DNA of 64,000 nt. Source: Mobula hypostoma. Lineage: Eukaryota. The notes beneath the pieces were generated by a model that was not told the DNA's origin, did no database searches, and saw nothing but the letters and a program-made list of their open reading frames with translations. The stretch is taken from NCBI RefSeq assembly GCF_963921235.1, contig NC_086097.1:23562001-23626000 (forward strand), written 5' to 3'. This document shows, in pieces, positions 24,530 through 36,397 of this stretch. Each line of letters begins with the position of its first letter. Position 1 is the first letter of the stretch. A program made the position numbers and the translations under genes.

Positions 24530-24792
24530 GTCCCCTCCTCTTTCCCTTTCTCTGATGGTCCACTCTCCTCTCCTGTCTGATTCTTCCTTCTCTAGCACTT
24601 CACATTTCGCACCCACCTGGCTTCCCCTGTCACCTTCCAGCTAGCCTCCTTCCCCAACCCCACCTTTTTATTCTGGCATCTTCCCCTTCCTTCTCTGTTC
24701 ATTTCTATAGATGCTGCCTGACCTGCAGAGTTCCTCCAGCATTTTGTGTGTGTTGCTTTGGATTTCCAACATCTGCAGATTTTCTTGTGTTT
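24530..24792 (+). mobile_element. Penelope pLTR fragment with the hammerhead segment deleted
   Basis: Homologous to 34360-34672, but cttccccttccttctctgttcatttctatag skips the ribozyme. Confidence 0.78.
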
Positions 24793-24868
24793 ATCAGTGG
24801 CAACTTGTTTCTGCAAAATAAATTGTGTGTGATATTCAATAATCAAGATTTAAGATCAAATCCAAATT

Positions 24869-24904
24869 AGTCCTGACGAAGGGTCTCGGCCTGAAACGTC
24901 GACT
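24869..24904 (+). ncRNA. Minimal type-I hammerhead ribozyme motif
   Basis: AGUC-CUGACGA-AGG(gucucgg)CCU-GAAA-CG-UC-GACU: stem I, full catalytic core, stem II, palindromic loopless stem III (ACGU); predicted GUC cleavage after 24900. Confidence 0.8.
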
Positions 24905-24968
24905 GCGCCTCTTCCTATAGATGCTGCTTGGCCTGCTGCGTTCCACCAGCAACTTTGATGTATGTTGC
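24869..24968 (+). mobile_element. 100-bp Penelope-derived insertion with 7-bp TSD
   Basis: ccaaatt at 24862-24868 and 24969-24975; begins with the hammerhead motif. Confidence 0.85.
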
Positions 24969-27109
24969 CCAAATTTATTTTGCAAGTTTACGTTGATACA
25001 ATGAAATGCATTGTTGATGTTAGCAATCAACACACGCAAGGATGTGCTGAAGGCAACCCGCAAGTGTCACCACACAGTCTGGCACCAACATAGCATGTCT
25101 ACAATGTTCAGCAGAACAACAACAGCAAAAGAAACCCATTCCTCCCTTTCACCCACCCACATACAAATTCCTCTAATCCTAAAACCATCTGCATTCTTGA
25201 CCTCCAGCATCCAGCAGACCTAAACTTGGATCTGGATGAGGACACGCAGACATTGAGCCTTTGAGTACCCCAGAGGACCCACAGAATCTGGGCTGCAGCC
25301 AATGGGCTTGACTTTCAGATATCCGATTCGACCCTCTTGCCTCGATTCTTGGCATTGACTCACTGAACACCAGGCTTCAATCTCTGGACTAGCCAATGAT
25401 GAGACCTCATTTCTTTTTGGAAAGGAACCTCACAATTTGGGGAAGAACTTGCAGGTATTCCCACATGCCTAGTGCATTTACTGTCTTGGGTGGCAATAGG
25501 TGAAGGTTTGAAAATGTGTTAAGAAGCCATAATTCGTTAGTTTTGATGCATTTTGTTGAGGGCATATAGCGCGACCATGGTGCAGAGCATTAAAAAAAGC
25601 ACTTTAGTTGTTGACCCTAAGGAGAGTATTGCTTATGCAATTAGAGATGAAGTTAGGTTTGGTCCAACTGCTTCTAAAAAAGAAAGATGAAGGCATACTA
25701 TCACACTCGACTTGTCTGGTTAACGTTTGTTTGGTAGACTTCAATCTTGCTGATAGCTAGGATTTACTTTGAATTCCATGAAGATAAATTCCATGGTGAT
25801 AAATTGCTTCAGTCTATAGAACCACTTGTCGTCCCAAGTTATGATCTTGGTGGTGTAATTTTGCTACAGTAAACATCTTCACATAAGAAGTAAGCTGACT
25901 CCCTTGAAGTGTTCTCACAGTTGTGTCTTGTACAAACACAAGGACCCTTAGACAACAACCTAAATTATTTTGTTGCTTCTCATGAGGAAAATGTCTCAAG
26001 GTGTATTATAGAACAAATTTTGATACTGAACTTTATAAGGCAGTACTGGGACACATGGCCTGTAAATTGGTTAGAAGTGCAGGTTGAAAGGAATCCCTTC
26101 AAAGAGAAAATGGGTTCGCGTACTGGAGACATTAAGAGAGAAAATTCTCAAAGTAAATAATTTGGACAGTCACAGGCACGATGACCAGTGGTGAGGTATT
26201 AATATTCAAGAATGGTCAAGAGCTCAGAACAGAAGGTAGAAGGGGAAGTTTAAAAACAATGTCAGGGGCAATTTTACACGGGAATGGTAGGTAGCTAAAA
26301 TGGGTTACCATTATACTTCTAACATCTCCCCTATATCCCGAGGAATGACATTTTTATTAAATTATGAGAGACATAGCTAGGTTGGACAGTCAGAATAATT
26401 TTCTCCAAGGTAGAAATGTTAAATTGCAGGGGGCACACTTGTAAGGTAGAAAGGGAAGTTTAAAGACAACGTAAAGAGAAATTATACGCAAGAGCGGTAG
26501 GTGCCTAGAATGGGTTACCAAAAGTAATTTTGGAAGCAGGCACTTTGGTGGAGTTTAAGAGGCTTTTAGAAAGACGTGGATATGAGGGGAACAGGAGGCT
26601 ATGGATTGTATGCAGGAAGAGGACATTTAGTATAAATTGTAATCAAGTTCAGCACAACATTGTGGGCAAGTGGCCTGCGCAGTACAGTACTGTTTGTTCT
26701 ATGTTCTATGTAAGATCATTTAAATGAACTAGGTGTCTGTTTCACCACAACGAAAATATAAAATCTCAGTATTGTGATGAAGTACCGCTTGCTGTTGAAA
26801 GCCACAGTGGGATTTGAATATATAACTTTTACCCAAGATAAAAATGTTATTGCTGATCCAGGCTGATACGTCGAAGGTTTTGGATATTAAGAGTTTTTTT
26901 TATATTTACATGATGAAAGTGATGTAGACAAGGCCGTACTTTACTGTCCGTCCCTAGCTGTTCTTTGAGAGCTAGGGAAAGCCATTGCTTTGAATCACCT
27001 TCAGCATCTCTCCTGTATGTTGTCCTATGTGTTGTGTTGTTTGGTGGCAGCTCCCAGAGCTTAAGGCCAGAGTGGGATGGATTTCAATGTCAGGAAGTGA
27101 CTTTGCACT

Positions 27110-27375
27110 TATTTATTTGTGTGTTTGTTTATTTAGAGATACAGCATGGTTACAGGCCATCCCAGCCCTATGAGACTGCACCACCCAATTATACACATGT
27201 AGTCAATTAATGCACATAACCCGTACGTCTTTAGAATGTGGCAGGAAACTGAAGCACCCGGAAGATACACATGCGGTCATGGGGGAAATGTTACAAACGC
27301 CTCACAGACAGCAGCGTAGTTGAACCTAGGTCACTGGCACTGTAATAGAGTTACACTGACCGCTACGCTACCATA
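27110..27375 (-). mobile_element. tRNA-derived V-domain SINE
   Basis: Homologous to 11928-12180. Confidence 0.75.
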
Positions 27376-27755
27376 TCGTCCCAAATTCCGATGTTCCCAT
27401 ATGTTGGCTGCTAACCCTTCATGGGTTTGGCAAATACTGGCAAACACCCATGACAAATTGCTGCAGTGCATTTTTTTTAGATTATTCACTTTATCCCTGC
27501 CGAGTCAATCCCAGGGGAAGTTAATGATAGAGTGAGTAGATGCAGTGCCAATCAAGCTGACAGCTCTGCCATGGGTATTATTGAACCATCTGAGTATGGG
27601 GCTGCACTTAGCCAATCGGGAACAATCCACCTCATTGACAGTGTTGTTAAGAGGGCGTATGGTGTGTTGGCATTCACCAACCGTGGGACTGAGTTCAAGA
27701 GCCGTGAGGTAAAGTTACAGCTATATAATACCTTGGTCAGAGCCCACTTGGAGTA

Positions 27756-29166
27756 ACATAGAAACATAGAATACCTACAGCAGAATACAGGCCCTTCGAC
27801 CCACAGTGCTGTGCCTAACATGTACTTATTTTAGAAATTACCCAGGGTTACCCATAGCCCTCTATTTTTCTGAGCTCCATGTACCTATCCAGGAGTCTCT
27901 TAAAAGACCCTATCATATCCGCCTCCACCACCGTCATTCTATGCACTCACCACTCTCTGCGTAAAAAACTTACCCCTGACATCTCCTCTGTACCTACTCC
28001 CAAGCACCTTAAACCTGTGCCCTCTCATGTTAGCTATTTCAGCCCTGGGAAAAAGCCTCTGACTATCCACATGATCAATGTCTCTCATCATCTTATACAC
28101 ATCTATCCTGTCACCTCTCATCCTCCGACGTTCCAAGGAGAAAAGGCCGAGTACACTCAACCTATTCTCATAAGGCATGCCCCCCAATCCAGGCAACATC
28201 TTTGTAAACAACAAACAACAACAACGAAGGACCCTGTCCTGACAAAGGGTCTCGGCCTGAAACATCGACTGTACCTCTTCCTAGAGATGCTCCCTGGCCT
28301 GCTGCGTTCACCAGCAAATTTGATATGTGTTGCTTGAACATCCTTGTAAATCTCCTCTGCACCCTTTCTGTAGTTTCCACATCCTTCCTGTAGTGAAGTG
28401 ACCAGAACTGAGCACAGTACTCCAAGTGGGGTCTGACAGGGTCCTCTATAGCTGTAATATTACCTCTCAGCTCTTAAACTCAATCCCATGGTTAATGAAG
28501 GCCAATGCACTGTATGCCCTCTTAACCACACAGTCAACCTGCGATGCAGCTTTGAGTGTCCTATAGACTCAGACCCCAAGATCCCTCTGATCCTCCACAT
28601 TGCCAAGAGTCTTACCATTAATACTATATTTTGCCATCATATTTGACCTACAAAAATGAACCACTTTTCACATCTGGGTTGAACTCCACCTGCTGCTTCT
28701 CAGCCCAGTTTTGCATCCTATAGATATCCCGCTGTCACCTCTGACAGCACTCCACATTATTCACAACACCCCCAACCTTTGTGTCATTGGCAAGTTTACT
28801 AACCCATCCCTCCACTTTCTCATCCAGGTCATTTATAAAAATCACGAAGAGAAGGGGGTCACAGAACGGATCCCGGAGGCACAACACTGGTTACTAACCT
28901 CCCTGAAGAGTATGACCTATCTACAACCACTCTATGCCTTCTGTGGGCAAGCCAATTCTGGATCCACAAAGCAAGGTTCCCTTGGATCCCATGCCTCCTT
29001 AGTTTCTCAATAAGCCCTTCATGGGTACCTTATCAAATGTCTTGCTGAAATCCATATACACTACATCTACTTCTCTACCTTCATCAATGTGTTTAGTCAC
29101 ATCCTCAAAAAATTCAATCAGGCTCATAAGGCATGACCTGCCTTTGACAAAGCCATGCTGCTCATA
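27756..29166 (-). mobile_element. CR1 LINE (RT region to 3' tail, internally deleted) inserted antisense in another CR1
   Basis: QHGFVKGRSCLMSLIEFFEDVTKHIDEGREVDVVYMDFSKTFDKVP RT motif; acatagaaacatagaa tail. Confidence 0.9.
28209..28336 (+). mobile_element. 128-bp Penelope-derived hammerhead insertion with 14-bp TSD
   Basis: aacatctttgtaaa (28195-28208) / aacatccttgtaaa (28337-28350); motif gtcctgacaaagggtctcggcctgaaacatcgact at 28236-28270 with core mutated. Confidence 0.85.
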
Positions 29167-29771
29167 GAGTACTGTGTTCAATTCTGGTCGCCTCACTACG
29201 GGAAGGATGTGGATACTATAGAAAGAGTGCAGAGGAGATTTACGAGGATGTTGCCTGGATTAGAGAGTGCCTTATGAGAATAGGTTGAGTGAACTCAGCC
29301 TTTACTCCTTGGAGCGGCGGAGAATGAGAGGTGTATAAGATGATGAGAGGCATTGATCGTGTGGATAGCCAGAGGCTTTTCCCCAGGGCTGAAATGGCTA
29401 ACACAAGGGGCATAGTTTTAATGTACTTGGAAGTAGATACAGAGGAGATATCGGGGCTAAGTTTTTCACACAGAGAGTGGTGAATGTGTGGAATGCACTG
29501 CCGGCAATGGTGGTAGGGGTAGATACAATAGGGTCTTTTAAGAAACGCTTAGATAGGTATATGGAACTTAGAAAAATAGGAGGCTATGTGATAGGGAAAT
29601 TCTAGGTAGCTTCTAGTAGTAATGTTACACGGTTGGCACAACATTGTGGGCCAAAGGTCCTGTAATGTGCTATATTTTTCTATGTTGTTCTATGTAAGGA
29701 CTGTGAAGCCTTGGCTGATGTAGGTGGAGGATTGTTTATAAAAGACTGCTACAGTTCCAGTCCTGGGAACT

Positions 29772-30182
29772 GCCACAGATAGCTGTGGAGGCCAAATCAT
29801 TAGATATATTTAAAGCAGAGGTTGATAGATTCTTGATTACCAATTAAGTTTATTTGTACAGCACTTTTTGAACACAAGGCAGTTCAAAGTGCTTTCCATA
29901 GAACAAGAAATAAAAATCAAACATCATTTCAGACAATATCACACTAAAAATAGATATGATAACTAGAAGTTACAGTACAGGAGATTCTAATTAAAAGCCA
30001 CAGCAAAAAGAAAAGTTTTAAGCCTCGATTTAAAAGAGCTCGATTAGTAAGAGTATCAAAGGTTCTGGGGAGATGACAGGAGAATGGGGTTGAGACGAGT
30101 AATAGGTCAGTAATGACTGAACAGTGACACAGACCTGATGGGCCAAGTAGGCCCCATCCTACTCCTGTGCGTTATGGCCTAT
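29772..30182 (+). mobile_element. CR1 3' tail interrupted by an L2 fragment
   Basis: gctgtggaggccaaatcatt...ttcttgatta | gattagtaagagtatcaaagg. Confidence 0.8.
29840..30041 (-). mobile_element. L2-clade LINE 3' end
   Basis: Minus strand reads SFKSRLKTFLFAVAF*; 3' UTR aagcactttg...gtgctgtacaaataaa; gatta repeated at both flanks. Confidence 0.7.
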
Positions 30183-31384
30183 AGCTCTGTACTAGAGAGG
30201 ACAATGGGTAAGTTATGGAAAAGACTAACAAACTAGATTATTCAGCTCCTCCAGGCTGCTTTGTTTTTTTATTGATTTAAATTATGGCATTTCTTCAACA
30301 CAGTTTTAACCCTTTTGTTTCATATCCCTCAATACCTGAAAAATCCATCAATCCCTGAAAAATCCATCAATCCCATCCCCATCTGCACCAGTTGCCCCTT
30401 GATTAACTGTGGCTTTGACGTGCCTTTCAATTATGTGTCTGGCCTCCTGTGTATCATCGACTTGAAGTGAAGAATGGCCATTTTGCTGAGGCACCAGAGT
30501 ATGGAAACACAGTCAGTAGTGGTCGGATCTTTCAGAACAAAATGGGAGAAAATGAGCAGTGGGGGGAGAAATAGCATACTTCATAGCTTATTACATAGCA
30601 ACCAAAGGAGAACAAAGTAGTGCTTGGAAACATGTTTGAGCCCATTACACACTTAAGGGTTTGAAAGACATTATAAAACACTCAAAAGAAATTCTCACAA
30701 TGGTCACAGCATGATGCGAATCCCTTGAAACACAGTAGTAGATACCATTCAAATAAAATAGACGGAAATTGTTCCTGCCTTTGATGCATGCTGGAGGTCT
30801 ATTTTACCCATTATGGTAAAACTTTCCTGCTGTAATGAATCCATTTTGATCACTTTGTCCTGGGGGTCTCCTTCATCGTCAATAATATACTTCAGGTGAA
30901 GTTATCCACATGTACAGAAATAAAATGTCAACGTTGAAGGCTGTTTTTTTTTTGTTCAGTATAGTTTTTGCAAATATTAGGGGAAAAGAAATAAGATACT
31001 AAAATTGTCCAGGTGCAATTTCTAAATGGAAGGACTTGCGTGTGTTATTTGTCTTGAATGTAGTAAAGCTTTGGTGGATTATTATCATCACAAGTATCAA
31101 GGAACAGTGAGGAACTTAGTTTTGCATGCCTTCCATATAAATTCTTCTGTGCATGGAGGTAGTACAAAGGAAAAACAATAATGGAATGCAGAATGAAGTG
31201 TTACAGGTACAGAGAAGGTGCAGCACAGGCCTCAGTGAGGTAGATTATGAGGTCAAGATTCCATCTTGTCATATGAGGGTCCCATTGATCAGTCTTGTAA
31301 CAGCAGTAACTGTAACAGTTACTGAATAGTACAGCAGCCTCATATGGCTTCATCTTGCTTCCATTCCTGTTTTTAATTTGGAAA

Positions 31385-31712
31385 GGCTAACAGAATTGTG
31401 GAGAGGATGGTTCCAACAGTGGGATAGTCTAGGACCACAGGGAACAGCCTCAGAATAGGCAGACATCCTTTGGAACAGAGATAAAGAAGAATTTCTTCAC
31501 CCAGAAGGTAGTGAATCTGTGGAATTCGTTGCCACAGTCAGCGGTGGAGGCCAAGTCATTTGGTTTATTTAAAATGGGGGTTGATGGGATCTTGATTAGT
31601 AAGAGCATCAAAGGTTATGGGGAGAAGCAGGAGAATATTGTTGAGGGGGATGATCGAATGGCAGAGCAGACTTGATAGGATGAATGGCCTAATTCTGCTC
31701 CTATGTCTTAAT
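31385..31712 (+). mobile_element. CR1 LINE 3' fragment
   Basis: Homologous to 2880-3198. Confidence 0.82.
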
Positions 31713-32736
31713 GGAGTTAATAATTAGAATATAACCTATCATTATGGAACTACAGTTTAGCATTTGAGTCTCTAGCATTGGTTTAACATTTTAGTCTTTG
31801 GTATCGCACAGCCAATGGGAATGAGTCAGAAGGAAGAGTAGTATGTTGTCCACAGCTACACTGTGATGGCTGGCATCAAACCAGTACTCATTGGTTCAGA
31901 CTGCTTTGCCTTAATTATGAAGTTACATTGGTGACACAGATAGAAGTCGCACAGAATATCTCGTTAATTTTATTCACCTTCAAAAATTCTTTATTCATTC
32001 ATTTTGCAGAAAAGTAATAAAAGTTCAGCTAAACTTATTAGCTATTCTTGGGTATTACTTGACATTTCTCAAATTAGATTCTTTTGCATTTATCAGCTGC
32101 AAAGATTGAATATTATACAACTTTGAATGCTCCCTAGGACAAAAATGGCAAGGATATTTGGTTAGCAGACAAGGAAGAGAGGTTAGAGATCTACAATTAT
32201 ATTTCGGGATGCAGTCAGTCACTACTGGGATACCACAAGAAGTGATGCTTGAGGCCTAACTATTTACAATATTATGCCTAAAATAATATTACTATCTTGC
32301 CAAAGACGTGAAGCTGGATGGGATTTGGAATTGTGATGAGGATGTAAAGAAGATTTGAAGTAATTTAGAGAAGTTGAACATGGAACATAGAACATAGAAC
32401 ACAGAACATGTGCCTATCTAAGAGTTTCTTAAATGCTCTACCACCATCCCTTGCAGAATATTCCACACACCCCACCACCCTGTGTAAGGAACTTACAGCT
32501 GACACCCCCCCCCCCATATCTTCCTTCAATCACTTGAAAATTATGACCCCTTGTATTAGCCGTTTCTGCCCTTTTGAGTAAATGGTAGAATACGTATACA
32601 CCTATCCCTATGTACTCTGGCAGGGTAAACTATAAACACATTGTTTTGAATGATGATGGTTTAAGAAATTTTGTTAGGCAAAAGAATCTATTTGTCTTTT
32701 ACGCCAGTTGTTAAAGTAAATTTCTCCTTTCCTCCT

Positions 32737-34672
32737 TCAGCTTCTCACACTTTCTCCAAACTCAAGTGGCTGCCATGGGCAACTGCATGGCCCCCAGCTA
32801 TGCCTGCCTTTTTGTTGGCTGTGTAGAACAGTCCATGTTCCAAGCCATCCCCGATAATGCTCCTCAACTGCTTCTGTGCTACATTGATGACTTCATTGCT
32901 GCAGCTTCATGCATCCATGATGAGCTTGTCAATTTCATCAACTTTGCCTCCAAGTTCCACCCTGCCCTGAAACTCACTTGGTGACCCACTTTCTGACACC
33001 TCTCGCCTCTTTCTCGATCTCTCTACCTCCATCTCTGGAGCCAAACTGTCTATGAACATCTTTTATAAACCTACTGATTCCCACGGCTATCTTGATTATA
33101 CCTTTTCCCACCCTATCTCCTGTAAAAATGCTATTCCTTTTTTTCATTTCTTCCTCAGCTGCATCTGTTCCCAGGTTGAGATTTTCCTTTCCAAAACATC
33201 ACAGATGTCCTCCTCCTTTACAGAATGGGGTTTCCCTTCTTCTACTATTTATGCTACCCTCACCGGCATCTCCTGCAATACCCGCTCACTCCATCTTCCT
33301 GCCACCTTAACAAGGATAGAGTTCCTCTTGTCCTCACCTACCACGCCGTGTGCCTCCACATCCAGCACATCATTCTCTACAACTTTGACCATCTTCAACA
33401 GGGTTCTATCATCAGATGCATCTTTACCTCCCCCTCACTCACTCCCTGCTTTCCACAGGGTTTTCTCCCTCCGTGATTCACTGGTCTGTCCCCAGAAATC
33501 TCCCTTCTGACACATATCCGTGCGAGTGACAGAAATGCTACACATGTCCATTCACCCTTACCTCCATTCAAGACCCCAACTAGTCCTTCCAGGTGAGGGA
33601 AATCTTCACCCGTGAATCTGCTGGGTTGTCTATTATATTTGGTGCTTCCAGTGCGGCCTCCTTTAAATTAGATTATGAGGACATGCAATCCTCTTTTATT
33701 GTCATTTAGTAATGCATGCATTAAGAAATGATACAATATTCCTCCGCTGTGATATCACAAAACACAGGACAGACCAAGACTGAAAAAACTAACAAAACCA
33801 CATAATTATAACATATAGTTACAACAGTGCAACAATACCATAACTTGATGAAGAACAGTCCATGGCACAGTAAAAGAGTTCAAAGTTTCTCGGAAGTCCC
33901 ACATCTCACGCAGATGGGAGAAGGAAGAAAACTCTCCCTGCCATGCCCGACCACAGTCCGACTCTGAGTCATCCGAAAACTTCGAGCCTCCGATCAGCCC
34001 TCCGACTCCGAGTACCGAGCACCATCTCTATCTGAGCGATTCGACCTCAATCTCGGTCGCCAGCAGCAGGCAAAGCCGGGGTTTTTGAGGCCTTCCCTCC
34101 GGAAGTTACACTGGTGAGACCCAACATAAATTGGGGGACTGTTTTATCCCCCCAGTGCTCCATCCACCAAAAGCAGAGTTTCCCTGTGGCTAACCATTTT
34201 AATTCCTATCCATATTTTCATTCTGACATATCAGTTCATGATCTTTTCTTTGCCACAATGAAGCCACCCTGAGGGTGGCGGAGCAATGCCTCATATTTCG
34301 TCTAGGTAGTCTCCAAACTGATGGCATAAACATCGATTTCTCCTTCCATTAACATTTTTCCCTCCCCTTCTGTCTTTGCCTATCACCTCCCGCAGGTGCC
34401 CCTCCTGCTTCCCTCTCCTCTCCTATCTGATTCCTTCTTTTACAGCCCTTTACCTGGCTTCATCTATCACCTTCTAACTAGTCCTCCTTCTCCTCCCTCC
34501 ACCTTTTTCTTCTGGCATCCTTTCCAGTCACGATGAAAGGTCTAGGCCTGAAGCATCAACTGTTTATTCATTTCCATAGACTTTTCCTGACCTGCTGAGT
34601 TCCTGCTGTTATTGTTGTTATCTTGTGTGTGTTGCTCTGCATTTCCAGCATCTGCAGAACCTCTTGCTTTTA
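32737..34672 (+). mobile_element. Penelope-like retroelement, 5'-truncated and decayed (RT, GIY-YIG, pLTR)
   Basis: AMGNCMAPSYACLFVG and YIDD RT motifs; IFYKPTDSHGYLDY; split GLL|YTGET GIY-YIG motif; terminal repeat with degenerate hammerhead near 34526-34561. Confidence 0.88.
33666..34105 (-). mobile_element. Young CpG-rich non-autonomous retroposon inserted in the Penelope GIY-YIG motif
   Basis: Interrupts ggcctcctt-ta|c-actggtgagacc; tta repeated at flanks; minus-strand end gacaataaaagagg...ataatctaat. Confidence 0.7.
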
Positions 34673-34954
34673 TGCTTAAAGTAGATGTTCAGATTCACTG
34701 TCTGAGCAGAAGCAGTTAAGAAGGCAAATGATATGCTGGAGGCTTTGAGCAAGGATGTCCTACTGCAATTATACAGACCATTGGTGAGACCAGTCCTGGC
34801 ATATAATGTTCCTTTTTAGTCTCCAAAACTAAAAAAGCATATTCTTGCTTCAGAGGAAGTGCCGTGGAAGTTTGACAGAATGATTACTGGAATTGAGGTG
34901 AGTTGGCCTGAATTCACTAGGTTTTAGGAGAATAAACCATCTCATTGAAATTAA

Positions 34955-35265
34955 TCAGAATCAGGTTTATCGTCACTGACATGCATCATGAAATTTGCTG
35001 ATTTGCGGCTGCAGTATAGTGCAAGATATATAAGTTATAAATACATAAATAGTGCAAAGTGGGAACAGTGAGGAAGTGTTTATGGGTCCATGGACAGTTC
35101 AGAAATTTGGTGGAGGTAGGAAGGAAGCTGTTCCTAAAACATTGAGTGTGTGTCTTCAGGCTCCCCGCTGGTAGTCATGAGAAGAGTGCATGTTGCAGAT
35201 GGTGAAGGTCCTGAATGATGGATGCTGCCTTCAAGCGGTACTGCCTTTTGAAGATGTCCTCGACG
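34955..35265 (-). mobile_element. Rex1/Babar-like LINE 3' fragment
   Basis: aatcagaatcaggtttat tail; homologous to 14495-14820. Confidence 0.72.
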
Positions 35266-35663
35266 ATGGAGTGGAATGCAAAGCTCTGATAGGGCTGAAC
35301 AGATTGGATATAGGGAGTACTTTTCTATGGGTCACAGTCTCAGGACATGGGCTAAGAATGAGATGAGAAATTTCTTCAAGGCAGTCAGTCTGTGGAATTG
35401 TGTAATTCTGAAGGCAGTGAATGTACATATTTAAGCAGAGGCAGAAGGATCTCTAACCACATAAGGCAGCCAGTAGATGTGAAAAGAGATGGAACTTGAT
35501 ATTGAGATAACAAATCAGCCAGGAATGAATTGAATGGAGGAGCAACTTTGATGGTCTTCTCTTGCACTTACTTCTTCATGTTTCCATGGCAACAGCGCAT
35601 CTTCCTTTCTTTGCTTCTTGCAACTCAGTCTAGCACCAAAGCTTAAACATTGTCCCTCAAATA

Positions 35664-36397
35664 GTAACACACACAAAATACTGGAGGAACTCAGCAGGCC
35701 ATGTAGCTTACATGAAGAGGAATGACCAGCTGATGTTTCGGGCTGAGACGCTTTGTCGGGATTGGAAAGGAAGGGAGTGGAAGTCAGAATAAGAAGATGG
35801 GGGAAGGGGAAGGAGTACGAGTTGGCAGGTGAGGGGGAAGGTGGTATGGGGGAATGAAGTGAGAAGCTGGGAGCTGATAAGTAAAAGAGGTAAAGGTTTG
35901 AGCAAGAAGAAATCAAATGGGAAAGGACAGGGTGCCTTGAGGAAAGGGAAGGAAGAAGGGAACCAGAGAGAGCTGATGAGAAAAGGGGTGAGAGGGTGAC
36001 CAGAGTGGGGACTGGAAAAAGAGATAGGGAGAGAGAGGGAAGAAATGACCAGAATCAATGTTCATGCCATCAGGTTAGTGGCTATGACAAAATATGAGGT
36101 GTTGCTCTTCTAACCTGAGTTAGCCCACATCATGGCAGGAGAAAAGGCCATGGGCTGATATATCAGAATGGAAATGGGAAGTTAAATTGAGATGGGTAGC
36201 TACCAAGAGATTTTACAGCCTTTTACAGTGGGCATTGTGAAGGTGCTCCCTTCCTTTCCAATCCACATAAAGGGCCATGGACCAAAACGCCAACTGTTTA
36301 TTCCTCTCCATAGCCGCTGCCTCACCTGCTGAGTTCCTCCAGCAGTTTGTTTGCATTGCTTAAGATTTCCAGCATCTGCAGAATCTCTTGTGTTTGT
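35664..36397. mobile_element. Penelope 3' fragment (minus) followed by an inverted pLTR end (plus)
   Basis: 35664-36200 is the reverse homolog of 34180-34640; 36280-36397 is the plus-strand pLTR end. Confidence 0.8.

Larger units (their letters stand above)
27630..29695 (+). mobile_element. CR1 LINE 3' fragment split in two (27630-27755 and 29167-29695)
   Basis: IDSVVKRAYGVLAF...YNTLVRAHLE resumes as EYCVQFWSPHY at 29167; gagta duplicated at both breakpoints. Confidence 0.88.

Noticed and set aside
26233..26520. Two diverged ~78-bp direct repeats
   Set aside because: Both are pieces of an old CR1 3' region, so this is a local duplication of repeat DNA.
30335..30373. 19-bp tandem duplication
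   Set aside because: Ordinary slippage-type duplication with no further structure.
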